Shown here: positions 38,060-52,200 of the stretch, piece by piece
How positions within the stretch are numbered: the first letter of the stretch is position 1
How the letters are laid out: each line of letters begins with the position of its first letter
Assembly (NCBI GenBank): GCA_002269645.1
Contig: NIVC01000162.1
Coordinates: forward strand, 434,001 to 498,000
DNA: 64,000 nt
Direction of reading: 5' to 3'
From: Macrostomum lignano
Lineage: Eukaryota
Translations under genes and position numbers: made by a program
Notes under the pieces: generated by a model
What the model was told of the DNA's origin: nothing
Seen by the model: only the letters and a program-made list of their open reading frames with translations
The model's database searches: none

Positions 38060-41000
38060 ACTTGCCCACTCACTGAATGACTTGCCCACTCACTGAATGA
38101 CTTGCCCACTCACTGAATGACTTGCCCACTCACTGAATGACTTGCCCACTTACTGAATGACTTGTCCACTCACTGAATGACTTGCCCACTCACTGAATGA
38201 CTTGCCCACTCACTGAATGACTTGCCCACTCACTGAATGACTTGCCCACTCACTGAATGACTTGCCCACTCACTGAATGACTTGCCCACTCACTGAATGA
38301 CTTGCCCACTCACTAAATGACTTGCCCACTCACTGAATGACTTGCCCACTCACTGAATGACTTGCCCACTCACTGAATGACTTGCCCACTCACTGAATGA
38401 CTTGCCCACTCACTGAATGACTTGCCCACTCACTGAATGACTTGCCCACTCACTGAATGACTTGCCCACTCACTGAATGACTTGCCCACTCACTGAATGA
38501 CTTGCCCACTCACTGAATGACTTGCCCACTCACTGAATGACTTGCCCACTCACTGAATGACTTGCCCACTCACTGAATGACTTGCCCACTCACTGAATGA
38601 CTTGCCCACTCACTGAATGACTTCCCACTCACTGAATGACTTGCCCACTCACTGAATGACTTGCCCACTCACTGAATGACTTGCCCACTCACTGAATGAC
38701 TTGCCCACTCACTGAATGACTTGCCCACTCACTGAATGACTTGACCACTCACTAAATGACTTGCCCACTCACTAAATGACTTGCCCACTCACTGAATGAC
38801 TTGCCCACTCACTGAATGACTTGCCCACTCACTGAATGACTTGCTCACTCACTGAATGACTTGCCCACTCACTGAATGACTTGCCCACTCACTGAATGAC
38901 TTGCCCACTCACTGAATGACTTGCCCACTCACTGAATGACTTGCCCACTCACTGAATGACTTGCCCACTCACTGAATGACTTGCCCACTCACTGAATGAC
39001 TTGCCCACTCACTGAATGACTTGCCCACTCACTGAATGACTTGCCCACTCACTGAATGACTTGCCCACTCACTGAATGACTTGCCCACTCACTGAATGAC
39101 TGTCCACTCACTGAATGACTTGCCCACTCACTGAATGACTTGCCCACTCACTGAATGACTTGCCCACTCACTGAATGACTTGCCCACTCACTGAATGACT
39201 TGCCCACTCACTGAATGACTTGCCCACTCACTGAATGACTTGCCCACTCACTAAATGACTTGCCCACTCACTGAATGACTTGCCCACTCACTGAATAACC
39301 TGTCCACTCACTGAATGACTTTCCCACTCACTGAATGACTTGCCCACTCACTGAATGACTTTCCCACTCACTGAATGACTTGCCCACTCACTGAATGACC
39401 TGTCCACTCACTGAATGACCTGTCCACTGACCTGTCCACCATTGAATGACCTGTCCACTCACTGAATGACCTGTCCACTGACCTGTCCACCACTGAATGA
39501 CCTGTCCACTCACTGAATGACCTGTCCACTCACTGAATGACCTGTCCACTGACCTGTCCACCACTGAATGACCTGTCCACTCACTGAATGACCTGTCCAC
39601 TCACTGAATGACTTGCCCACTCACTGAATGACTTTCCCACTCACTGAATGACCTGTCCACTCACTGAATGACTTGCCCACTCACTGAATGACTTGCCCAC
39701 TCACTGAATGACTTGCCCACTCACTGAATGACCTGTTCACTCACTGAATGACCTGTCCACTCACTGAATGACCTGTCCACTGACCTGTCCACCACTGAAT
39801 GACCTGTCCACTCACTGAATGACCTGTCCACTCACTGAATGACTTGCCCACTCACTGAATGACTTGCCCACTCACTGAATGACTTGCCCACTCACTGAAT
39901 GACTTGCCCACTCACTGAATGACTTGCCCACTCACTGAATGACTTGCCCACTCACTGAATGACTTGCCCACTCACTGAATGACTTGCCCACTCACTGAAT
40001 GACTTGCCCACTCACTGAATGACTTGCCCACTCACTGAATGACTTGCCCACTCACTGAATGACTTGCCCACTCACTGAATGACTTGCCCACTCACTGAAT
40101 GACTTGCCCACTCACTGAATGACTTGCCCACTCACTGAATGACTTGCCCACTCACTGAATGACTTGCCCACTCACTGAATGACTTGCCCACTCACTGAAT
40201 GACTTGCCCACTCACTGAATGACTTGCCCACTCACTGAATGACTTGCCCACTCACTGAATGACTTGACCACTCACTAAATGACTTGCCCACTCACTAAAT
40301 GACTTGCCCACTCACTGAATGACTTGCCCACTCACTGAATGACTTGCCCACTCACTGAATGACTTGCCCACTCACTGAATGACTTGCCCACTCACTGAAT
40401 GACTTGCCCACTCACTGAATGACTTGCCCACTCACTGAATGACTTGCCCACTCACTGAATGACTTGCCCACTCACTGAATGACTTGCCCACTCACTGAAT
40501 GACTTGCCCACTCACTGAATGACTTGCCCACTCACTGAATGACTTGCCCACTCACTGAATGACTTGCCCACTCACTGAATGACTTGCCCACTCACTGAAT
40601 GACTTGACCACTCACTAAATGACTTGCCCACTCACTGAATGACTTGCCCACTCACTGAATGACTTGCCCACTCACTGAATGACTTGCCCACTCACTGAAT
40701 GACTTGCCCACTCACTGAATGACTTGCCCACTCACTGAATGACTTGCCCACTCACTGAATGACTTGCCCACTCACTGAATGACTTGCCCACTCACTGAAT
40801 GACTTGCCCACTCACTGAATGACTTGCCCACTCACTGAATGACTTGCCCACTCACTGAATGACTTGCCCACTCACTGAATGACCTGTCCACTCACTGAAT
40901 GACTTGCCCACTCACTGAATGACTTTTCACTCACTGAATGACCTGTCCACTCACTGAATGACTTGCCCACTCACTGAATGACTTGCCCACTCACTGAATG

Positions 41001-41252
41001 ACTTGCCCACTCACTGAATGACCTGTTCACTCACTGAATGACCTGTCCACTCACTGAATGACCTGTCCACTGACCTGTCCACCACTGAATGACCTGTCCA
41101 CTCACTGAATGACCTGTCCACTCACTGAATGACCTGTCCACTCACTGAATGACCTGTCCACTCACTGAATGACCTGTCCACTCACTGAATGACCTGTCCA
41201 CTCACTGAATGACCTGTCCACTCACTGAATGACCTGTCCACTCACTGAATGA
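38060..41252. repeat. 20-bp satellite GACTTGCCCACTCACTGAAT, ~160 copies, with GACCTGTCC variants
   Basis: Directly visible; same family at 59155-60585. Confidence 0.98.
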
Positions 41253-41264
41253 ATAAATGCCCAC

Positions 41265-41390
41265 CCCTATCTCCCACTGCTCACCCCTATCTCCCACAGC
41301 TCACCCCATCTCTCACTGCTCACCCCATGTCTCACTGCTCACCCCATCTCTCACTGCTCACCCCATCTCCCACTGCTCACCCCATTCTAC
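41265..41390. repeat. short ~19-20-bp repeat (CTCACCCCATCTCCCACTG)
   Basis: About 6 copies. Confidence 0.8.
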
Positions 41391-42769
41391 CCCCCTGACA
41401 CCTCTATGACCTGACACCTCTGTCCCCCTGAAACTTCAATCCCCGACATCTTTATCCGGCTCCACTCATGGACTCATCATCACAGCCGATGTTAATGACA
41501 GCTTCATTAAGCCTCCCCTTTTTCCGTGCAAGGTGCTAACTTCTCTTGAATCTCCATTTAAATAAAGTTCGGGAGAAATCACACAATACGCAAGAGACCG
41601 GAAGTCATCTAAAAAAGCTCTGTCCGCAGAAGTTACTGTAAATCTTTTAAACTCAAATATCGAATGTATATTTGTGTTTACAAAAAGTCTAAACTTACTA
41701 CACAGGAGGTCTTCGGCATCTCGGGTACAAAAGTTCGTACATGATTGCTTCAGCAGTAATTTTATAATATATAAAATCGATACCCTATACTTTAACAGCC
41801 GTAAGTTTGCAAGTTTCGTTTAAACACTGGCTGAATATTTGTGTACGAGCTACATAATAACTGCCTTATTAAAAGTCCAAAGTAAGCATGCAATTTTTTT
41901 GCAAATTCGAATATTTGTGAAAATTAGTTTAATAATTAATACGCCAGCTCCAAAGCACTTCGTTTTCGAGCATTGAATCCTTTAAATTTTATCAAGAATT
42001 TTTTGTTATTTAAAACAAAATAAAAAACTTTATAATAAAAGTTCCTAGAATATCATTAATGTTTGATACAAATGGTAAAAGCAACAAAATGTTGGACATA
42101 TTTCTGAAAAAATTACATATTATATTAGCCAACAACTATTTTGATGTTTGACCTCTATCACAATCTCTATTTTGTAGCAAGTACCTTCTTGAGGAAGGAA
42201 GAATCTTCTTCTAGTGGTTCTTGTTTTGTAGATTAATATATTAATTCATATAAACAAAGAATAATCAAATATAATCAAAATAAAGGATAGATAAAGCATG
42301 TACTAGATAACTTTTTGCAAGAGTAATCAATCAGATAAATTCATTAATCATTATTAATTTTTTATTCGATTATGTAAAAATATTACATCTACTTATATAA
42401 AAATTGATCGAGAATATTTAACTGCTCAGAAGAAGCAAAATTGATCAAGAAAATAAATCAGTTATTAGCTACTTAAATTCAAAATATTGATTTTGACGAC
42501 GGGGTATTCATAGACACAACACTTAAAATGTGAGGAAAGGAAAGCAGAAAAAAATGTGTTGTTGCTACTCACTTTTTGTGCCTTTTGCGCGTTTTCGTCG
42601 GTTATAAGATTAAAAATTTATACCGGTAAAAACCAAGCTCTCTTCCTTTCATTAAATAAATTGTTCCTCTTGCCACAAATAATAGAACAAATCCTCGCCC
42701 CATTTACATGTACGTGTGAGCACAATTAGTCAGTTATTAGTTAAAAGTCAATTATCATCGAAAACTGCC

Positions 42770-43287
42770 ACCAACAGAAAGCGGAGGAAAAAATCCGGAG
42801 AATTCAGACCAATCAGAAAGCGGAGGAAAAAATCCGGAGAATTCAGACCAATCAGAAAGCGGAGGAAAAAATCCGGAGAATTCAGACCAATCAGAAAGCG
42901 GAGGAAAAATATGGAAAATTCAGACCAATCAGAAAGCGGAGGAAAAAATCTGGAAAATTCAGACCAATCAGAAAGCGGAGGAAAAATCCGGAGAATTCAG
43001 ACCAATCAGAAAGCGGAGGAAAATCCGGAAAATTCAGACTAATCAGAAAGCGGAGGAAAAATCCGGAAAATTCAGACTAATCAGAAAGCGGAGGAAAAAT
43101 CTGGAAAATTCAGACCAATCAGAAAGCGGAGGAAAAAATCTGGAAAATTCAGACCAATCAGAAAGCGGAGGAAAAATCCGGAGAACTCAGACCAATCAGA
43201 AAGCGGAGGAAAAATCCGGAAAATTCAGACCAATCAGAAATTAAGCGGAGGAATAATCCGGAAAATTCAGACCAATCAGAAAGCGGC
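42770..43287. repeat. 38-39-bp tandem array CAGACCAATCAGAAAGCGGAGGAAAAAATCCGGAGAATT, ~13 copies
   Basis: The last unit overlaps the TRPM stop codon. Confidence 0.93.
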
Positions 43288-46200
43288 GCCGTGGTGCTGC
43301 GCGGCCAGCCTCAGCAGCATTCGCTCGGTGGAGCCCAGCATTCGCCTGTTGGCCAAGTCCGTCCAAGCCGGCTGATCGACCTCGCCGAAAACGGTGGCCG
43401 CCGCCAGCAGCTGGTCGCCCATGCTTGAAGTGTAATTCTCGTGCACGTTGACGCAGGCCAGCTCAAGCCAGGCGTTGCTACCCGGATGCGATGGCGGCGA
43501 GACACCCGTGTAGAGCTGGTGGCGGGGAGCAGCAGTGTAAATCGAAACGTTTAATGCCTTGGACAAAAAACCAAAACCTCCCTTTGTGACCATAGACTAT
43601 TCGATTCTAGAATTAATCTCTAATACCGTGTCCATACCCTCTCCACCGTGTCCATACCCTCTCCACTGTGTCCATACCCTCTCCACCGTGTCCATACCCT
43701 CTCCACCGTGTCCATACCCTCTCCACCGTGTCCATACCCTCTCCACCGTGTCCATACCCTCTCCACCGTGTCCATACCCTCTCCACCGTGTCCATACCCT
43801 CTCCACTGTGTCCATATACCCTCTCCACCGTGTCCATACCCTCTCCACCGTGTCCATATACCCTCTCCACCGTGTCCATACCCTCTCCACCGTGTCCATA
43901 TACCCTCTCCACCGTGTCCATATACCCTCTCCACCGTGTCCATACCCTCTCCACCGTGTCCATATACCCTCTCCACCGTGTCCATATACCCTCTCCACCG
44001 TGTCCATACCCTCTCCACCGTGTCCATATACCCTCTCCACCGTGTCCATACCCTCTCCACCGTGTCCATATACCCTCTCCACCGTGTTCATACCCTCTCC
44101 ACCGTGTCCATACCCTCTCCGCTGTCCCTTTCCCTAGCCTCTCCATTCTCACTGCTTATTCTAGTTGATTTCAGCCAGTGCTTCAGTATCCGTAGTTGAA
44201 ATCAATGAGCTCTTCAACTGCTCACCATCTTGGTTGAGGCTTGCCGCAGGCTGCTCAATCTGCGGTCCAGCTGCCTGGGCCCGTCTGGGCGGCCGCGCGA
44301 CTCGGCGACCAGAGCCTCCTGCAGCCAGCCCATCGCCAGCTGCTCGTTGCAGGTGGCGGCTGCCGACTCTGCCGAGCCGCATCGTTCGGGATGCTTGACC
44401 AGGAACTGGGGGCGAGCGGCCGGGGTTCGGGTCGTGTGCTTGGACCCACCAGTCATTGACTTCTCACATTAAATCTCAAAATCCCACACCCTCGATCGAA
44501 AATCCCACACCCTCAATCGAAAATCCCACACCCTCAATCGAAAATCCCACACCCTCAATCGAAAATCCCACACCCTCAATCGAAAATCCCACACCCTCAA
44601 TCGAAATCCCACACCCTCAATCGAAAATCCCACACCCTCAATCGAAAATCCCACACCCTCATCGAAAATCACACACCCTCAATCGAAAATCTCACACCCA
44701 CAATCGAAAATCACACACCCTCAATCGAAAATCCCACACCCTCAATCGAAAATCCCACACCCTCAATCGAAAATCCCACACCCTCAATCGAAAATCCCAC
44801 ACCCTCAATCGAAAATCCCACACCCTCAATCGAAAATCCCACACCCTCAATCGAAAATCCCACAGCCTCAATCGAAAATCCCACACCCTCAATCGAAAAT
44901 CCCACACACTCAATCGAAAATCCCACACCCTCAATCGAAAATCCCACACCCTCATCGAAAATCACACACCCTCAATCGAAAATCCCACACCCACAATCGA
45001 AAATCCCACACCCTCAATCGAAAATCCCACACCCTCAATCGAAAATCCCACACCCTCAATCGAAAATCCCACACCCTCAATCGAAAATCCCACACTCTCA
45101 ATCGAAAATCCCACACCCTCAATCGAAAATCCCACAGCCTCAATCGAAAATCCCACAGCCTCAATCGAAAATCCCACACCCTCAATCGAAAATCCCACAC
45201 ACTCAATCGAAAATCCCACACCCTCAATCGAAAATCCCACACCCTCAATCGAAAATCCCACAGCCTCAATCGAAAATCCCACACCCTCAATCGAAAATCC
45301 CACAGCCTCAATCGAAAACCCCACACCGTCAAAAGTCCCACAACCTCCAGAACGCAAATCCCATTCGCTCACCCAAGGCAGCAGGTGCTCAGCCATGCTG
45401 ACATACTGCAGCACCTTCTGGCTTCCCTTCTTCATCAAATTGTGCTTGTCGTCCCGTTTCCATCTGGTGATGAGCACCACCAGTCCGTGATTTGGTCCCC
45501 ACAGAGGCAGCGGTCCTCGACTGGGCGGTCCAGTGGCGGCCGCGGTATCCTGCGTCGGCGGCGGCAGCGGCCAGCCATCGTCAGTCAGCGGGAAGCCGCC
45601 AACCAGCAGAGAGCGGCGGCTGAAGCCGCGAGCCCGGTCGAATGAATTGAACACTCGACGGCGATTCTCTGGCGTGGTGGCCGTGAGGCTGGGCTCGTCT
45701 CGCTGCCACTCCTGCCAGCTCGCATCGTCTGGGGCCGATGGCTGCGGAATTGGGGAAACAGCTGCCCTTGTCTGTGCCTTGTCCGTGTCTTATCTGTGCC
45801 ATGTCTGTGCCATGTCTGTGCCATGTCTGTGCCTTGTCTGTGCCTTGTCTGTGCATTGTCCGTGTCTTGTCTGTGCCTTGTCCGTGTCTTGTCTGTGCCT
45901 TGTCCGTGTCTTGTCTGTGCCTTGTCCGTGTCTTGTCTGTGCCTTGTCTGTGCCTTGTCCGTGTCTTGTCTGCGTCTTGTCCGTGTCATGTCTGTGTCTT
46001 GTCTGTGCCTTGTCCGTGCCTTGTCTGTGCCTTGTCCGTGCCTTGTCTGTGCCTTGTCCGTGCCTTGTCCGTGCCTTGTCTGTGCCTTGTCCGTGCCTTG
46101 TCCGTGCCTTGTCTGTGCCTTGTCTGCGTCTTGTCCGTGTCTTGTCTGTGCCTTGTCCGTGCCTTGTCTGTGCCTTGTCTGTGCCTTGTCCGTGCCTTGT

Positions 46201-49200
46201 CTGTGCCTTGTCCGTGCCTTGTCTGTGCCTTGTCCGTGCCTTGTCCGTGCCTTGTCTGTGCCTTGTCCGTGCCTTGTCCGTGCCTTGTCTGTGCCTTGTC
46301 TGCGTCTTGTCCGTGTCTTGTCTGTGCCTTGTCTGTGCCTTGTCTGTGCCTTGTCTGTGCCTTGTCCGTGCCTTGTCTGTGCCTTGTCCGTGCCTTGTCT
46401 GTGCCTTGTCCGTGCCTTGTCTGTGCCTTGTCCGTGCCTTGTCTGTGCCTTGTCCGTGCCTTGTCCGTGCCTTTTCTCTTGCAAACTTTTTGTCTTTTTC
46501 ATGCTTCCTGTTTTAGTCCCCTGTCCCCCTGTGTCCCCTGTCCCTGTCCCATGTCCCCAGCCGCACCGGATCGGTCAGGGCATCAGCTGGCGATCGGAAC
46601 GGTTTGGCCCGCAGCATCCGGTGCTCCATCAGCGGCAGAGCCACCCAGGTGAGCTCGGTGGTTAGCGACGAAGAGAATCGACTGCTGGCCCTGGCGCTGG
46701 AGACGTCGATCTCGGACAAGTGCAGCGAGTTGCTGCAGTGGCGAGGAGGGGGTCGGGGGTTCGAGTTTTGTAGGGAAGAGACAGGAGAGATGGCGAATTA
46801 GAGCCGCACCTTCTGCTTCCGGTTGCTTGGGCGGCCTCGGGCTCTCGCGCCGCCTGCCGGGCACCCCGCGGCGCCGCCTGGGCCTGAGCGGGCGACGGCG
46901 CGCGCCTGGAGCCGCCTGTTGAGGCGGCCGCTGCGGCCGGTTTTGGGTGCACATCGATGTTGAACTTGGAGCCTGCGCGGGAGCTGCAATAGAAATCGGT
47001 GGCAGATTGATAAGATAGCAGACACCCCAGGGGAAATACCGGACACCCTAGAGATCGCGGACACGACTGGTGAAATACCGGACAGCCTAGATATCGGACC
47101 CCCAGGTAAAATACCGGACACCTTAGAGATTCCGGACACCCAAGGTGAAATACTGGACACCCAAGGTGAAATACCGGACACCCTAGGTGGAAATACCGGA
47201 CACCCTAGAGATAACGGACACCCCAGGTAAAATACCGGACACCTTAGAGATACCGGACACCCTAGGTGAAATACCGGACACCCCAGGTGAAATACCGGAC
47301 ACCCTAGAGATCGCGGACACCCCAGATAAAATACCGGACAACCCAGGTGAAATACCGGACACCTTCGTAAAATACCGGACACCCTAGAGATAGCGGACAC
47401 CCCAGGTGAAATACTGGACACCCTAGGTGAAATACCGGACACTCTAAAGATATCGGACATCCTAGGTGAAATACCGGACACACTAGAAATAGCGGATACC
47501 CCAAGTGAAATACCGGACACTCTAGAGACATCGGACACCGAGGTGAAATACCGGACACCTACGTAAAATACCGGACACCCTAGAGATAGCGGACACCCCA
47601 GGTGAAATACTGGACACTTAGAGATATCGAACATCCTAGAGATAGCGGACACCCTAGATGAAATACCGGACACCCCAGGTGAAATACCGGACACCCTAGA
47701 GATCGCGGCCACCCAACAAAAGCAACAGCAAGCCAAACAAAAGCTGACCCCATATGCTGCACCAGCTGGTTCAGGCAGTTTAGACAGGCGGTCTGCTGCA
47801 GCTCCATCCTCTGGCCCAGCCTCCGCACTTCCTCTTGCAGTCCGTCGACCCGCTCAGACAATCCGACGCATCTCTCGTCAACATCGTCAATTCGACGCAG
47901 CTGCTTCTCGGTGTCGCGGAGACCCTCGCGGATTCGAACCCGGACCACCGAGTGCATGGTGTCCCAGTCCATGGACTGGGCGGCGGCTGCCGCGGCTGCC
48001 GCGGCCGCAGCGACCGCCGATGCGGTGTTTTCGGTAGTGCCGGCAGCCGACTGCGACGGCAGCTGCAGCTGGCGGCGACCTGCCGGGTCTGATGCATTCG
48101 CTCGCCGGCGCTGCTGATTGGCCTCCTGGCGACGGCGGAGGAACTCCTGCGAGCGGAGGCCCTCCCACTTGGTCAGCTGCTCCTCGCTCACGGCGGAGTC
48201 GCCCACGATGCAGCCTTGTAGGGGGGAGTGATCAGGTGTTTGTGAGCAGGCTGGAGTGATCTGTGTTTGTGAGCAGGCTGGAGTGATCTGTGTTTGTGAG
48301 CAGGCTGGAGTGATCTGTGTTTGTGAGCAGGCTGGAGTGATCTGTGTTTGTGAGCAGGCTGGAGTGATCTGTGTTTGTGAGCAGGCTGGAGTGATGTGTG
48401 TTTGTGAGTAGGCTGGGGTGATCTGTGTTGGTGAGCAGGCTGGAGTGATCTGTGTTGGTGAGCAGGCTGGAGTGATCTGTGTTTGTGAGCAGGCTGGAGT
48501 GATCTGTGTTGGTGAGCAGGCTGGAGTGATCTGTGTTGGTGAGCAGGCTGGAGTGATCTGTGTTTGTGAGCAGGCTGGAGTGATCTGTGTTGGTGAGCAG
48601 GCTGGGGTGATCTGTGTCTGTGAGTAGGCTGGGGTGATCTGTGTCTGTGAGTAGGCTGGGGTGATCTGTGTCTGTGAGTAGGCTGGGGTGATCTGTGTCT
48701 GTGAGTAGGCTGGGGTGATCTGTGTTTGTGAGTAGGCTGGAGTGATCTGTGTTTGTGAGCAGGCTGGGGTGATCTGTGTTGGTGAGCAGGCTGGGGTGAT
48801 CTGTGTCTGTGAGTAGGCTGGAGTGATCTGTGTCTGTGAGCAGGCTGGGGTGATCTGTGTCTGTGAGTAGGCTGGAGTGATCTGTGTTGGTGAGCAGGCT
48901 GGAGTGATCTGTGTTTGTGAGCAGGCTGGAGTGATCTGTGTTGGTGAGCAGGCTGGGGTGATCTGTGTCTGTGAGTAGGCTGGGGTGATCTGTGTCTGTG
49001 AGTAGGCTGGGGTGATCTGTGTTTGTGAGTAGGCTGGAGTGATCTGTGTTTGTGAGCAGGCTGGGGTGATCTGTGTTGGTGAGCAGGCTGGGGTGATCTG
49101 TGTCTGTGAGTAGGCTGGAGTGATCTGTGTCTGTGAGCAGGCTGGGGTGATCTGTGTCTGTGAGTAGGGGTTATGGGGGGAGTCATTTGGTGTCTGTGAG

Positions 49201-52200
49201 CAGGGGCTGTAGGAGCAAGAGCAGCATGAACACACAATGAGACATTTCTGACTAGTGAACTCACGCAAAAATCCTCGAAAATCTGAAATTGTGGTAGTGT
49301 AAGTATATTGTATTAAATAGGTAATAAAAATCTGATATCCATAATTCCCATGAAATTTGATTCCAACTCACTGATACGACACATGAACGGATCTGTTTCA
49401 AATTGGATCCGCCTGCGACGCACACCTAGATAAATTAGCAGAGCCAGATTCCACAGCAGCGACAGAGGCGGCGGCGCAATGCTGCGCTCGGTGTACTCGC
49501 GCATGATTAAGTAGCGCTGTAGAGTCCAGTACTGCATAGAGGAGCTCTGGATGCGCTCGTACGTGTTGCTGGAATGTCATTTGGGTCTCAATGTGCACTC
49601 TGTCGGGGTGGGGTGGGGGTGAGGGTTCCAATGTACACACTTTCTATCCCTCTGTCTGGTTAGTGCGCGGTGAGGGTGAGGGTTTCACTGTACACTCTTT
49701 CTATCCCTCTGTCTGGTTAGTGCGCGGTGAGGGTGAGGGTTTCACTGTACACTCTTTCTATCCCCCTGTCTGGTTAGTGCGCGTTGAGGGTGAGGGTTTC
49801 ACTGTACACTCTTTCTATCCCCCTGTCTGGTTAGTGCGCGTTGAGGGTGAGGGTTTCACTGTACACTCTTTCTATCCCTCTGTCTGGTTAGTGCGCGGTA
49901 AGAATGGGAGCTTCGATCTGAAATTTCGAGCTTGTGAAAGCGACCGGTGGAGAGGGTGGAGTTAAAAAGTAAACATTCAAAGACACTCACGCAAACATGG
50001 CAATTAGCAAGTTGAGAAGCAGCACATTCGTAAAGACTATGTAGAATCCCAATAGGACTGGCGCGATGTAGCGGCCCCAGGAGTCTGGACAGCCGGTCAT
50101 GTTTAGCCTGCAGGCGTCCGCTGAAAATATGATAAAATTTCTATGGCTTATGAAAATTTTAGAAACGATACGAAAACATCGGGGTCAGGCTGGTACAACG
50201 GGGTCAGGAGATGAGACCATACTGTCAGTACATGAGACCATCAGGTCAGGACATGTACTGTCAGGAGATGACGAATCAGTGAGTCAGTTGTCGCCAGCAG
50301 CTGAGGTCCAGATTCGAACTTACACAGCGTGGAAACTGAAAACGAGTCAAATCGAAGTGATTGAGTTTATTTTTACGGTGCCACAGAAGCCGAATTATTT
50401 AATTTGCGGAAAATCTGCTCTCAAGCTCTCACCTTCGCCGCTGATGTAGCCAACTTGTAGTTCGCCAAATGACTCAAAGTAAGCCAGCTTGAGCAGGCTC
50501 ATCACAGCGTCCATCGCTCCGCCCATGTCCGGCGTGGACATTGGGAACATTGTGCTCCACACAAACACTCCGTAGCCAACAACAAAGACCATGAATATGA
50601 CCATGAACGGGATGAGGTCCTCAATGATCTGGTTGGAGATGTGCGGGATTTGAGGCGATCAGTTTGAGTCATAGGCCTTCATTTGTCGTGTGATCTAATA
50701 GTCTAATCTGGATGATGACTCACTAATGATCTGGATGATGACTCACTAATGATCTGGATGATGACTCACTAATGATCTGGATGATGACTCACTAATGATC
50801 TGGATGATGACTCACTAATGATCTGGATGATGACTTACTAATGATCTGGATGATGACTCACTAATAATCTGGATGATGACTCACTAATGATCTGAATGAT
50901 GACTCACTAATGATCTGGATGATGACTCACTAATGATCTGGATGATGACTCACTAATAATCTGGATGATGACTCACTAATGATCTGGATGATGACTCACT
51001 AATGATCTGGATGATGACTTACTAATGATCTGGATGATGACTTACTAATGATCTGGATGATGACTCACCAATGACTCACCACTGTCTAACCAATGACTCA
51101 CCACTATCTAACCAATGACTCACCACTGTCTAACCAATGACTCACCACAGTCTAACCAATGACTCACCATGGTCTGAATCATGACCACCTTTGGCCCCAG
51201 GTTGACATGCACGGAGAAGTTCTGCAGCAGTCGGCAGAAATAGAAGAACAGCGCCAGGCCCAGCAGGATCCGGCAGATTCGCATCATCTTCACGGAGCCG
51301 GTGTCCAGTGCACTGCCCGAGGTGTCCACGCCGAAGATGGAGTCAGGCAGGCCGGGCACGAACCGCAGACCAAACACGATGGCAGCAAGAGTGAAAATCG
51401 CCATTGAGGCAAAGTCCATCAGGTTCCAGCCTTTAGCCAGGTGGCCAGCAACTGACTCGCCGCTCACCAGCAGCTGCTTCACGGCTTCAACCATGAAGGA
51501 CAGCACGAAAACGGCTAGCAGCAGCTGTAGTGGGTTCCACGACTGAGTGGCGTTGCCCACCGTGAATAGAAGGACGTACGAGTACAAGCATAGGAAGCCT
51601 GCGTAAGCAACCTGCGAGTTGGGGAGCGGCGATTGGCTCTCTGCGTAGATCCAGCTGATTGGCTCTTCTCTCCCCAACTCAATGCTGATTGGCTCTTCTC
51701 TCCCCAACTCGATGCTGATTGGCTCTTCTCTCCCCAACTCGATGCTGATTGGCTCTTCTCTCCCCAACTCGATGCTGATTGGCTCTTCTCTCCCCAACTC
51801 GATGCTGATTGGCTCTTCTCTCCCCAACTCGATGCTGATTGGCTCTTCTCTCCCCAACTCAATGCTGATTGGCTTTGCTCTTCCTAACTCGATGCTGATT
51901 GGCTCTTCTCTCCCCAACTCGATGCTGATTGGCTCTTCTCTCCCCAACTCAATGCTGATTGGCTTTGCTCTTCCTAACTCGATGCTAATGGGCTCTTTTC
52001 TCCCCAACTCGATGCTGATTGGCTCTTCTCTCCCCAACTCGATTCTGATTGGCTCCGTACTTACTGTAAGTACTAAGTACAAACTCATAAATCTGTAAAA
52101 GGCCAGCCCAGCCGCATGCGCTCACCGAGGTGTACAGAAAGCGCACCATAGGCGTGGCGTAGAAGTCGTAGGTGTCGCAGACCATCCTGCTGCACAGGCC

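Noticed and set aside
38060-41252. CRISPR-like appearance of long regular arrays (also 15709-16335 and 56165-56885)
   Set aside because: Head-to-tail units with no unique spacers, no cas genes, and a eukaryotic context.
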